64,000 bases of DNA from Synechococcus sp. GTDB taxonomy: Bacteria; Cyanobacteriota; Cyanobacteriia; PCC-6307; Cyanobiaceae. Where the stretch lies: contig JBJBCN010000003.1 of assembly GCA_047285805.1 (NCBI GenBank), positions 768,001 to 832,000 of the forward strand, written 5' to 3'. The notes below the pieces were generated by a model. The model worked only from the letters and a program-made list of their open reading frames with translations, had not been told where the DNA came from and searched no databases. Position numbers and translations under genes: made by a program. Every line of letters begins with the position of its first letter. Within the stretch, counting starts at the first letter, position 1. This document shows positions 33,297-41,433 of the stretch, piece by piece.

Positions 33297-35680
33297 GAAC
33301 GAAGCAGGTGGAGGGTCTGGGGCAGATCCAGGCGCAGGGCGCTGGCCACGATGCGCAGGGTTCGCAAGGTGGAGTTGTTGGGGCTCATCTTCGCTGCTTG
33401 ATCGAGCGCCACCTGGGCTTGGCCCGGCCGAAAGCGATAAAGCTCTACGACTCCGAGCCCCAGCAGGGCATTCGGATTAGAGGGGTCCAGGCTCTTGATT
33501 TGTGTCAAGGTCTGCGCTGCATCGCTGGCATGCCTTTGCAGCGCCTGGGCGAGGGCCAGGCTGTAGAGGTCGTTCAGATCACCGGGATCGCCCTGGAGTC
33601 GTGCCCGCAGGATGGACTCGGCGTCGGCCAAATAGATCTGCTCGGGGTCACTCTGGTTGATCTGACCGACCTTGGAGAAGAGGCTGGCCAGTTCCCCGCG
33701 GCGCAGCTGGCCCCCGAGGCCGCGCAGCAAGGCGACACGGTTGGCGGCCAGGACGCCGGGCTCCTGGGTCCCAGCTTGTAGGTCAAGCGTGGTGCTCCGC
33801 GGCAGCGGGATGGATCGCCGCTTGCCGTTGGCCTCGAGCAGTTGCAGTTGGGGGCTCCAGCTCCCGCCGTTGTTGCTGAACGCGAGCTCCTGCTGGACGG
33901 TGGCGCAGCCTTGGGGCAACCGCAGCAGGCCTTGGCCGAGGGCCTGGTCCGCTTCAAGCCGTTGCCCGGCTTGCTCCAGGGTGACCAGCAGGCGGGAATC
34001 CTGAAGAACGGCGCTCGGGCCGGAGACCTGGATGTCCAGGCCACCTGGAATAGCGGTGATGGCTCCGCTGAGCTGACCGGAGCAACGAACCGGGGTGGTG
34101 CTGACGCTGACGGATTGGCGGCGCAGCAGCTGGGCCTCACTGCCATCGGGGAGGGGCCAGCTCTTCACTGGTTTGAACGCGGCAGAGCCCTGCAGCAGTT
34201 CGGCTTGGCGCGCCTGCCGTTCATCGCTCATTACCCCCTGGTCGCCCCCTTTGCTGAGGAACCAGTCGAAGTTGCTGAGTTCCTCTTCGAGTCGATCCTT
34301 CGGGGCCACGGTCTGGCGGGCGGCCACGCGGAACTGCTGGCGCCGCCCCTCGGCCTCGAGGTTGAAGGCATTCAGCCCTTCGCTGTCGGGCAGCACGGCC
34401 AGGGTGGAGAGCTGGTTGGGACTGGTCTCGCGGACCGTCGCCACGATCGCCTCAAGGGGCCAGCCCCCCTGGGGGTTCGGGCGATGGGGCGGAAAGCTGC
34501 TCAGCTTTGGCCCCCAGCCGAATTGGCTCCAGAGCGCTCCGAGCAGGGCGACGAGCACCAGTGCGGCCTGCCAAACGGGGGCCCAGCGGCGCTCGACGCT
34601 GGCCACCACCAGTCCCAGCCCTAAGGCCAGCTGGGGAAGTAGGGGCAGGACAAAACGAAAGTCCTTGCTGGTCATGAGGATGCACACCAGCAGGCCCCCC
34701 AGCGGAAAGCTCAACCACCAGAGCAGCCAGGCCTTGTCTGCCTTGATTGACGGTCTGCGCTGCACCAGGGCGATGACTCCGCCCACCAGCACTAGAGCCG
34801 TCAGGCTGCTCCCCAGCATCGCCGGCAGCAACTTCAAGTAGTAGAGCCAGCCCTCCAGGCTGTTGGCCTCCAATCCGTCTTGGTAGGCGACCCCCCACTG
34901 GCGGGCCTTGTTGATGGTGCTCAGGATCGTCAGCCAGTTTTGGCTGAACCAGGGCCAGACCAGCAGCCAGGCGATCAGTCCCCCGGTCGCCCCCTCGGCG
35001 AGCGGACGCCAATGGCCGCGGAGCGCCTTGCGCAGGCCGCCGACAAGTAGCAGCACCAGCGGCAGCCAGAGCAGAACGAGCCCTGTGGGCCGGGTCAGTG
35101 CCACGAGCCCAAGGCCGATGCCGCTGAGCACGGACCAGAGCCAGCGCTGCTGGCGGGCGAACCAGCGCCGCTGGCTGAGCACCCACCAGCCGGCGGTCAT
35201 CAGTGCCGTCAGGCTCAGATCAATCAGGTAGTCGGTGCGTTGGTTGAGCAACGCGGGTGCGGCCGCGACAAACAGCGCCGCCCAGAGCCCCGCGCGGCGG
35301 CTGTGCAGTTGGCGCCCCAGGCCGTAGCAGCTCAGCAGCAGGATCCCGTTGAAGACCGCGCCGGAGGCCATCGCACTGCTGAAGCTCGGCCCGAGCAGCT
35401 GCAGAACGGGGGCGCTGAGCACGTAGGTCAGCGGGCCCCTATAGCTGGGTGCCTGGTCCCACAGGGTGTGCCACCAGCCGCCGCTCCAGGGGGCCGGCTG
35501 GCTGAGCACTTGCCAGACACCTAGGGCGCGGCTGAGGTGATCCCCTTGGTCCCAGGCCGGCGGGGCCTGGTGCTGCTGAATCCAGAGGCCATCCAGCAGC
35601 AGAGAGATCAGCCAGAGGGCCAGCAGCAGAAGGCCATCACGCCGGTTCAGTTTCCGCTGGGGCTGCGTACCAAGGTCCAT
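33293..35680 (-). CDS. ArnT/GT39-like lipid-carrier-dependent glycosyltransferase with C-terminal TPR region
   Basis: TM1 then PPAWDQGDH, YRGPLTY, many TMs, KDFRFVLP; soluble C-terminal half ending in TPR-like helices. Confidence 0.82.
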   Translation of the reverse strand: MDLGTQPQRKLNRRDGLLLLALWLISLLLDGLWIQQHQAPPAWDQGDHLSRALGVWQVLSQPAPWSGGWWHTLWDQAPSYRGPLTYVLSAPVLQLLGPSFSSAMASGAVFNGILLLSCYGLGRQLHSRRAGLWAALFVAAAPALLNQRTDYLIDLSLTALMTAGWWVLSQRRWFARQQRWLWSVLSGIGLGLVALTRPTGLVLLWLPLVLLLVGGLRKALRGHWRPLAEGATGGLIAWLLVWPWFSQNWLTILSTINKARQWGVAYQDGLEANSLEGWLYYLKLLPAMLGSSLTALVLVGGVIALVQRRPSIKADKAWLLWWLSFPLGGLLVCILMTSKDFRFVLPLLPQLALGLGLVVASVERRWAPVWQAALVLVALLGALWSQFGWGPKLSSFPPHRPNPQGGWPLEAIVATVRETSPNQLSTLAVLPDSEGLNAFNLEAEGRRQQFRVAARQTVAPKDRLEEELSNFDWFLSKGGDQGVMSDERQARQAELLQGSAAFKPVKSWPLPDGSEAQLLRRQSVSVSTTPVRCSGQLSGAITAIPGGLDIQVSGPSAVLQDSRLLVTLEQAGQRLEADQALGQGLLRLPQGCATVQQELAFSNNGGSWSPQLQLLEANGKRRSIPLPRSTTLDLQAGTQEPGVLAANRVALLRGLGGQLRRGELASLFSKVGQINQSDPEQIYLADAESILRARLQGDPGDLNDLYSLALAQALQRHASDAAQTLTQIKSLDPSNPNALLGLGVVELYRFRPGQAQVALDQAAKMSPNNSTLRTLRIVASALRLDLPQTLHLLRS

Positions 35681-37218
35681 GGGGCCAGATCATCGCCCGA
35701 GGCCAGGGGAATGAGGTCTCGATTGGCCGAATCCTGCAGGGCCGATGCCTCGATCCAGGCCAAAGCGCCGGGGGCGAGGTCTTGCGCGCTCTTGAGCTTG
35801 GGACCGAGCTGCGGTGTTCCCAGGGCGACGAGGATCAATTGGGCATGGGCCTGGCCGCTCAAGGAGCCCTGGCTGATTACCGCCACCGGTTCGGCGGCCA
35901 GCAGCGCAGGCAGCTCACCAGTGCTCAGGGCTTGGCGCACGGCGGGAGAACGATCACTAAAGAGGCCGCCCTGCACTAGCAGGCTGAGGGCCAGCCAGGG
36001 ACCGATCAAGATGGCGGCGAGGACGCGTTTTTGGCTCTGTTGTTGGGGCAGCAGGGCCCAGCTCAGGCCGAGCACCAGGGTCGCCAGCCCCACCAGCGCG
36101 GGCGTCAGGGGCGGCATCTCGAGGTTGAGCAGGTTGCCGGGGAACAGCATGAGCACCCCGGCAAGGCTCAGCAGAACGCCGAGGCCCGCCAGGAACCAGG
36201 CGATGGCCCGCGGCCGAGCAATCCCGGTTCGCACGAAGAGACGCAAGCCGCTGGCGGCCCAGATCGCCAGAAACGGCGTGAGCTGCAGGCCGTAGTACGG
36301 GGTCTTGGTGCGGAAGCAACTAAGCAGCAGCAGCAGGCTGAGTGGATAGACGAGTAAAAGCAGCCCCTCCTCGGAGCGCCAGCGCTTCAGGCCCCACGCA
36401 AGTCCAGCAATGGCCACCAGGCTCCAGGGAGCGCAGTTCGCCGGAATGTTCCACATGTAATACAAGGGCCCGGCGCTGTAGATGTCGCTTTCGGAGAGGA
36501 AGAGCAATTTGTCCAGCAGTCCGCCGACCACGCCGGCGCCGTAGTGCTGCAGGCTCAAACCCAGCCAGAGCGCCACGGGGAGCCAACCCAGCAGCAGTCC
36601 GGACCAGAAGGCCGGAGCGCGCAGCAGGAACCGTCGCTTGAGCAGTAGGAAGGGCAGCAGGGCGAGGACCGGCAGGGCGGTCATGAAGCCCTTAATCAAG
36701 AATGCTGGCCCCAGCCAGATCCCTGCGGCGATCTGCCAACCGCGTGAGGCGTGGGGCTGGGCCTGCAGCAGGGCCCACATCCCGAGCAGCTCGAGGGCCA
36801 GCAGGGGCATGTCCTGGCTGGCGAGGTGGGCGTAGTTAATAAAGAGAGGAGTGAGCGCCAAAAGGGCTGCACTCAGCCAACCCAGGCCTGGGCCGAGCAA
36901 ACGAGAGGCCAGGCGTCCGGTGAGCCAGAGCGCCAGACCTGCCGCAAGCAGGGATGGCAGGTGTGCCGCCCAGCTGCTGGGTCCTAAGAGGGTCTGGGCG
37001 CTGGCGATCAGCCACTGGACGCCGATGGTGCGATCAAACAGGGGTTGGTCCCACCAGAGGGGCGCCAGCCACTGGCCGCTCTCTTGGATCCAGCGGGCCT
37101 GCAGGGCGTAGTACCCCTCGTCGTGGGCCAGGTCGCTGCGTGGCGCAACGCTGATCAACAGCGGCAGGAAGGGCAGCCACCGAAAACTAGACCTTCGGTA
37201 TCCGTTGCTACGTGTCAT
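35647..37218 (-). CDS. ArnT-family glycosyltransferase
   Basis: AHDEGYYALQAR after TM1, LIKGF, PLYY and TKTPYY motifs. Start ATG 37218 or GTG 37233. Confidence 0.86.
   Translation of the reverse strand: MTRSNGYRRSSFRWLPFLPLLISVAPRSDLAHDEGYYALQARWIQESGQWLAPLWWDQPLFDRTIGVQWLIASAQTLLGPSSWAAHLPSLLAAGLALWLTGRLASRLLGPGLGWLSAALLALTPLFINYAHLASQDMPLLALELLGMWALLQAQPHASRGWQIAAGIWLGPAFLIKGFMTALPVLALLPFLLLKRRFLLRAPAFWSGLLLGWLPVALWLGLSLQHYGAGVVGGLLDKLLFLSESDIYSAGPLYYMWNIPANCAPWSLVAIAGLAWGLKRWRSEEGLLLLVYPLSLLLLLSCFRTKTPYYGLQLTPFLAIWAASGLRLFVRTGIARPRAIAWFLAGLGVLLSLAGVLMLFPGNLLNLEMPPLTPALVGLATLVLGLSWALLPQQQSQKRVLAAILIGPWLALSLLVQGGLFSDRSPAVRQALSTGELPALLAAEPVAVISQGSLSGQAHAQLILVALGTPQLGPKLKSAQDLAPGALAWIEASALQDSANRDLIPLASGDDLAPWTLVRSPSGN
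37198..37211. promoter_or_regulatory. Putative NtcA-binding site
   Basis: GTA-TCCGTTGC-TAC matches GTA-N8-TAC, about 105 nt upstream of the porin ATG. Confidence 0.45.
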
Positions 37219-37299
37219 TGCTGTTTGTGGCACATGACCGCTTCTCGGGCCCCTTCGAGGCCTTGATCATCACAAAGAGGCCTTGTGCCTCAATCCTCT

Positions 37300-37317
37300 A
37301 TTGGTGTGAGGACCAAT
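37300..37317 (+). promoter_or_regulatory. Porin RBS hairpin containing a Yfr1-type target site (GGTGTGAGGA)
   Basis: ATTGGT-GTGAGG-ACCAAT; GTGTGAGGA is complementary to the core of the Yfr1 conserved motif. Confidence 0.7.
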
Positions 37318-38908
37318 GAAACTGTTCCAGAAGCTTCTTCTGGCGCCTGCAGCACTGGGCCTTCTGGCTCCTGTCGCTGCAAACGCCGCTGACGTCAACA
37401 TTGCTGGCCTGAGCCAGTACGGCGTCGAAGAGCAGGTGACTTCGATCACCCAGTTCTCCGACGTGCAGCCCACCGACTGGGCTTATCAGGCACTGAGCAA
37501 CCTGATCGAGCGCTACGGCTGCGTCGCTGGTTACCCCAACGGCACCTATCGCGGCAACCGTGCGATGACCCGCTATGAAGCGGCCGCACTGCTGAACGCT
37601 TGCCTCGACCGGATCACTGAGGTGACTGACGAGCTCAAGCGCCTGATGAAGGAATTCGAGCGTGAGCTGGCTGTGCTCCGCGGCCGCGTTGATGGCCTCG
37701 AGGCCCGCGTCGGCGAACTGGAAGCTACTCAGTTCTCCACCACCACCAAGTTGCGTGGTCTGGCCACCTTCGTTGTGGGTGCTAACAGCTTCACCGGAAC
37801 CAGCCCCAACGTTGATACCAACAAGGATTCGCTGGGCGCTACCACCTTCAACTACGACCTGCGCCTGATCCTCGACACCAGCTTCACTGGTAAGGATCTG
37901 CTTCGCACTGTCCTGCGTGCTGGCGACTTCGATGGCTCCGCTTATTTCAGCGGCCTGACTGCTCTCGAGACTGCTTTCCAGTCTCCTGCAGCTGACGACG
38001 TCGTTTCCATCAAGCGTCTCTTCTACAACTTCCCCGTTGGCGACGACTTCAGCGTCACTGCTGGTGCAACCGTCCGTGTGGATGACGCCGGCATGCTCGG
38101 CATGTGGCCCAGCGTCTATCCCGCTGACACCGTTCTCGACTTCTTCACCTACGCCGGTGCTCCTGGCGCATATGACCTCGATGGTCTGGGTGCAGGTTTC
38201 GGTGCCACCTACAACAATGTTCTGGGCTTCGAGGGTGTCACCCTGTCCAGTAACTACGTCTCAATCAACGGTGACGAAGGAACTGCAGGTCTGATGACCG
38301 ACAGCTCCAGCTCTGTGAGCGTCTCTCAGCTCGGCTACACCGGCGGAGAGTTCCCCGTCATCGGTGGTAGCGCTTGGGGTGCAGCTGTGGCTTACACCTA
38401 CAGCCAGAACAACTCTCTGTTCATCGCGACTCCGCTGGCTGGCTCTATGGGAGCTACCGGTGCCACTAACAGCTTCGGCTTGAGCGGCTACTGGGTCCCC
38501 GAGAGCACCGGCTGGATTCCTTCAGTCAGCACCGGTTGGGGCACCAGCTCTTTCCAAGATGCCGGCTATCGCACCGACACCTTCGCCAAGGCCCAGTCTT
38601 GGTACGTCGGTCTGCAATGGCCTGATACCTTCGTCGCTGGTAACGACCTGGGCATGGCTGTTGGTCAGGCTCCCTTCGTGACCAGCACTGGCTACGGCGC
38701 TGTGGAAGGTCCTAAGACGCCTCTGGACTCCAACTACATGTGGGAGTGGTGGTACAAGTTCCAGGTGACCGACAACATCACTGTCACCCCGGCTCTGTAC
38801 TACATCCAGAACTACGAAGGCCAGAACGGCCGTGTTTCCACCAACGGCAACATGGACGCCTCCAACAATGTCTTCGGCGGCCTGCTGAAGACCACCTTCA
38901 AGTTCTGA
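37316..38908 (+). CDS. Som-type outer-membrane porin (SLH domain + OprB-like beta-barrel)
   Basis: Signal peptide, QFSDVQPTDWAYQAL and RYEAAALLNACL SLH, coiled coil, FSTTTKLRG, C-terminal KTTFKF. Confidence 0.95.
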   Translation: MKLFQKLLLAPAALGLLAPVAANAADVNIAGLSQYGVEEQVTSITQFSDVQPTDWAYQALSNLIERYGCVAGYPNGTYRGNRAMTRYEAAALLNACLDRITEVTDELKRLMKEFERELAVLRGRVDGLEARVGELEATQFSTTTKLRGLATFVVGANSFTGTSPNVDTNKDSLGATTFNYDLRLILDTSFTGKDLLRTVLRAGDFDGSAYFSGLTALETAFQSPAADDVVSIKRLFYNFPVGDDFSVTAGATVRVDDAGMLGMWPSVYPADTVLDFFTYAGAPGAYDLDGLGAGFGATYNNVLGFEGVTLSSNYVSINGDEGTAGLMTDSSSSVSVSQLGYTGGEFPVIGGSAWGAAVAYTYSQNNSLFIATPLAGSMGATGATNSFGLSGYWVPESTGWIPSVSTGWGTSSFQDAGYRTDTFAKAQSWYVGLQWPDTFVAGNDLGMAVGQAPFVTSTGYGAVEGPKTPLDSNYMWEWWYKFQVTDNITVTPALYYIQNYEGQNGRVSTNGNMDASNNVFGGLLKTTFKF

Positions 38909-38920
38909 TCCAGAACAGCT

Positions 38921-38988
38921 AGGGCTCTCTCCTCACACCTAGAGCCCTTTTTGACCTCGTTCAACCCCGGCTTCGGCCGGGGTTTTTT
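38921..38988 (+). ncRNA. Candidate 3'-UTR RNA element carrying the Yfr1 seed
   Basis: Hairpin AGGGCTCT-[CTCCTCACACCT]-AGAGCCCT followed by a terminator. Existence as a separate RNA is inferred, not shown. Confidence 0.55.
38963..38988 (+). terminator. Intrinsic terminator of the porin gene
   Basis: AACCCCGGC-TTCG-GCCGGGGTT followed by TTTT; C(UUCG)G tetraloop. Confidence 0.92.
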
Positions 38989-39240
38989 ATTGCTTAGTGC
39001 TTCGACTTGCTGGTGGTGTTCCTGTTGAACTGAACTGTCTTTTGGTGGTTCAAGGATGTTCGAAAAAGCTTTTTCATGAAGTTCGTGGTTCGCTTCTGCG
39101 GTGGGCATTGGGTCTTTTTTTAGTCCTCTCGCGATATCTGAGGGGGTAGATAATTTGACTTGGGGTATCTCGAAAGGTCTGGGTCGCTCTAGTCGCGCGG
39201 CCTTGATCCTTGAGGATGGGATCACCCCCGTCTGCGTTGC

Positions 39241-39927
39241 ATGGCCCAGTCCGTCCGCGATCCCTATCTGGTGCTCGGTGTGGCGGCGACAGCCAGTGGC
39301 GCCGAGATCAAGGCGGCCTACCGGTCCCTGGTGAAACAGCATCACCCCGATGCCGGCGGAGATGAAGAGGCGATCCTGGCGATCAACGCGGCCTGGGAGG
39401 TGCTGGGGGATCGCGAGCGCCGAGCCGAGCATGACCGCCATCGCGCCTTCAGCAGTCATCAGGCCACTGTGCGCTCTGCCGCCGCCGGTCAAGCCGCCCG
39501 CAAGGCAACGGCGGAATCGGCCCGAGGTGATGAGGCGCTGCTGGTTTGGCTGCAGACGGTCTACGCGCCGATTGATCGTTTGCTGGGTCAGGTCATCAAT
39601 CCCTTCCCCGCCGAATTCAAGGCGCTCTCCGCCGATCCCTATGACGATCAGCTCATGGAGGCCTTCTGTGCCTACATCGAGCAGAGCCAAGCCAAGCTCG
39701 AGAAAGTGGAGACGCTTTACCGCTCCATGGCTGCACCGGCCTCAGCCCAGGGCTTCAGCCTCAGCGTTTACCACTGCCTCTCCCAGGTCAAAGACGCCGT
39801 GGTCGAACTGGAGCGCTACACGATGGGCTATGTCGACAACTACCTCCACGACGGCCGCGAGATGTTGCGGGAAGCCAAGCAACGGCGTACCCGGCTCCAG
39901 GCGGAGCGCCGTCGGCTGGACCTTTAG
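39241..39927 (+). CDS. J-domain (DnaJ type III) protein
   Basis: DPYLVLGV...IKAAYRSLVKQHHPD...INAAWEVLGD, followed by a helical cyanobacterial C-terminal domain. Confidence 0.9.
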   Translation: MAQSVRDPYLVLGVAATASGAEIKAAYRSLVKQHHPDAGGDEEAILAINAAWEVLGDRERRAEHDRHRAFSSHQATVRSAAAGQAARKATAESARGDEALLVWLQTVYAPIDRLLGQVINPFPAEFKALSADPYDDQLMEAFCAYIEQSQAKLEKVETLYRSMAAPASAQGFSLSVYHCLSQVKDAVVELERYTMGYVDNYLHDGREMLREAKQRRTRLQAERRRLDL

Positions 39928-40169
39928 TTAAAGGCTTCCAGCTGATCGATCCGCAGCCAGATGTCGGGCACCGGCCGGCGGTAACGCAGTTGGGCGTAGT
40001 CCCCTTTGACGAGGAGTACTTCAGCGGGGCCTTCGAAGAGGTAGTCCGGCGCGGTGGTGTCGCTGGCTTTGGACTCCAGGCTGCCGCTGTAGGCCGCGCG
40101 ATTCAACTTCACCAGGGCGCCTTTCTTGATGGCGGCGGCCGCGGGTTTGCTGGCGGGCGCTTCGGCCAT
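39924..40169 (-). CDS. ndhO: NAD(P)H-quinone oxidoreductase subunit O
   Basis: IKKGALVK...YSGSLESKASD...PDYLFEGPAEVL...PVPDIWLRIDQL; last 81 aa of track ORF 39924..41102. Confidence 0.92.
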   Translation of the reverse strand: MAEAPASKPAAAAIKKGALVKLNRAAYSGSLESKASDTTAPDYLFEGPAEVLLVKGDYAQLRYRRPVPDIWLRIDQLEAFN

Positions 40170-40259
40170 GGCAACGAGGTCGGGTAGCCGACAGGCTAGT
40201 TCCCGCTCTGAGATCCAGAGGCTCCCTAGCCTTTGTTCCAGTTGAAGGGCTCTGGGCGC

Positions 40260-41189
40260 GTGCGGATTCTGCTGGTGGGGTGCACTGGTTTTGTGGGTCG
40301 GGCTCTCGTGCCCCAGCTGCTTGCGTCGGGCTACCAGTTGGTGCTGATCAGTCGCTCCAGTGCTCCTCTTGCGGCCGTGCAGTCCCCCCAACTCCAGTGC
40401 CTTCAGGCGGATCCCGCTAAGGCGGCCACCTGGCAGCTCCCCGCCGTGCAAGAGGCCCTGGCCACAAGCGAGGCGGTGATCAACCTGGCCGGTGAGCCCA
40501 TCGCGGAGAAGCGCTGGAGCGATGCCCACCGGGCCCTGCTCAGCAGCAGTCGCATCCACACCACCCGTGCTCTGGTGGCCGCCATGCAGGCGTTGCCCGA
40601 GGGCAAGCGACCCCAGACCCTGATCAGTGGCTCGGCCATCGGCTACTACGGCACCAGCGAGACCGGGCGCTTCAGCGAGACCAGCCCCGCCGGTTCCGAC
40701 TTCCTGGCGGGTCTCTGCCAAGCCTGGGAGCAGGAGGCCCAGGCGGCCTCGGCCTTCGCCCGCGTCGTGATTCTGCGGATCGGGATTGTTCTTGGCGCGG
40801 ATGGCGGCGCCCTCGGCAAGATGTTGCCGGTCTTTCGGATGGGCTTCGGCGGTCCGATTGGCAACGGCCAGCAGTGGATGAGCTGGATTACGCGCTATGA
40901 CCTCTGCAGGCTGATTGGCGAAGCTCTCAGCAAGCCGGCCTACCAAGGCACTTACAACGCTGTGGCGCCATCTCCGTGCAGCATGGCCAATTTCGCGGCC
41001 GCCCTGGGTCAGGCCCTCGGCCGCCCCAGCCTGCTGCCGGTGCCCGCGCCGATCCTGCACCTCCTGCTTGGCGATGGCGCCAAGGTGGTGCTCGAGGGGC
41101 AACAGGTTCTGCCGGCGCGCCTGCAGCAGCAGGGCTTTGTCTTTGAAGACGCCGAGCTCAGCGCTGCTCTCGCCCGCGCCACCACTTGA
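40260..41189 (+). CDS. TIGR01777/YfcH-family NAD-dependent epimerase-like protein
   Basis: GCTGFVG, INLAGEPI, SAIGYYG, LRIGIVLG and GNGQQWMSWI motifs; GTG 40260. Confidence 0.9.
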   Translation: MRILLVGCTGFVGRALVPQLLASGYQLVLISRSSAPLAAVQSPQLQCLQADPAKAATWQLPAVQEALATSEAVINLAGEPIAEKRWSDAHRALLSSSRIHTTRALVAAMQALPEGKRPQTLISGSAIGYYGTSETGRFSETSPAGSDFLAGLCQAWEQEAQAASAFARVVILRIGIVLGADGGALGKMLPVFRMGFGGPIGNGQQWMSWITRYDLCRLIGEALSKPAYQGTYNAVAPSPCSMANFAAALGQALGRPSLLPVPAPILHLLLGDGAKVVLEGQQVLPARLQQQGFVFEDAELSAALARATT

Positions 41190-41433
41190 GGGCCCAGCCC
41201 AGGATGCCGCTCAGGATCGCCGCTCCCATCAGTAGTCCGATGGCCGGGGTGAACAGCGGCTCCCAGAGGCTCTGAAAGACCTTGAGTGGAGCCTCGATTC
41301 CTCGGCTGTGGCACACCACGGCCACACCGAACCAGATGGCTCCGGCGATAACCACGAAGACGTCCGCGACCAGCACCGCATCCAAGTAACCCTTCAGGCG
41401 TTGGCCGGTGCTGGGTGGGGTCGCTTCAGCCAT
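41158..41433 (-). CDS. Conserved small membrane protein
   Basis: 91 aa, two TMs (LVADVFVVIAGAIWF; LWEPLFTPAIGLLM); overlaps the upstream gene's stop. Confidence 0.75.
   Translation of the reverse strand: MAEATPPSTGQRLKGYLDAVLVADVFVVIAGAIWFGVAVVCHSRGIEAPLKVFQSLWEPLFTPAIGLLMGAAILSGILGWALKWWRGREQR

Noticed and set aside
38994..39077. 27-codon minus-strand ORF (MKKLFRTSLNHQ...) in the AT-richer porin-dnaJ spacer
   Set aside because: No recognisable motif or RBS; an ORF of this length is expected by chance.
38812..39690. 292-aa minus-strand ORF across dnaJ and the porin terminator
   Set aside because: Antisense shadow of real genes, running through terminator hairpins, with no motifs.
39924..41102. 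Apparent long N-terminal extension of NdhO (likewise IscA 43120..44379, VKOR 60090..61781, RpaA, HolB, PsbD)
   Set aside because: The extensions are open antisense or alternative frames over neighbouring genes or spacers in high-GC DNA; each protein has a proper internal start.
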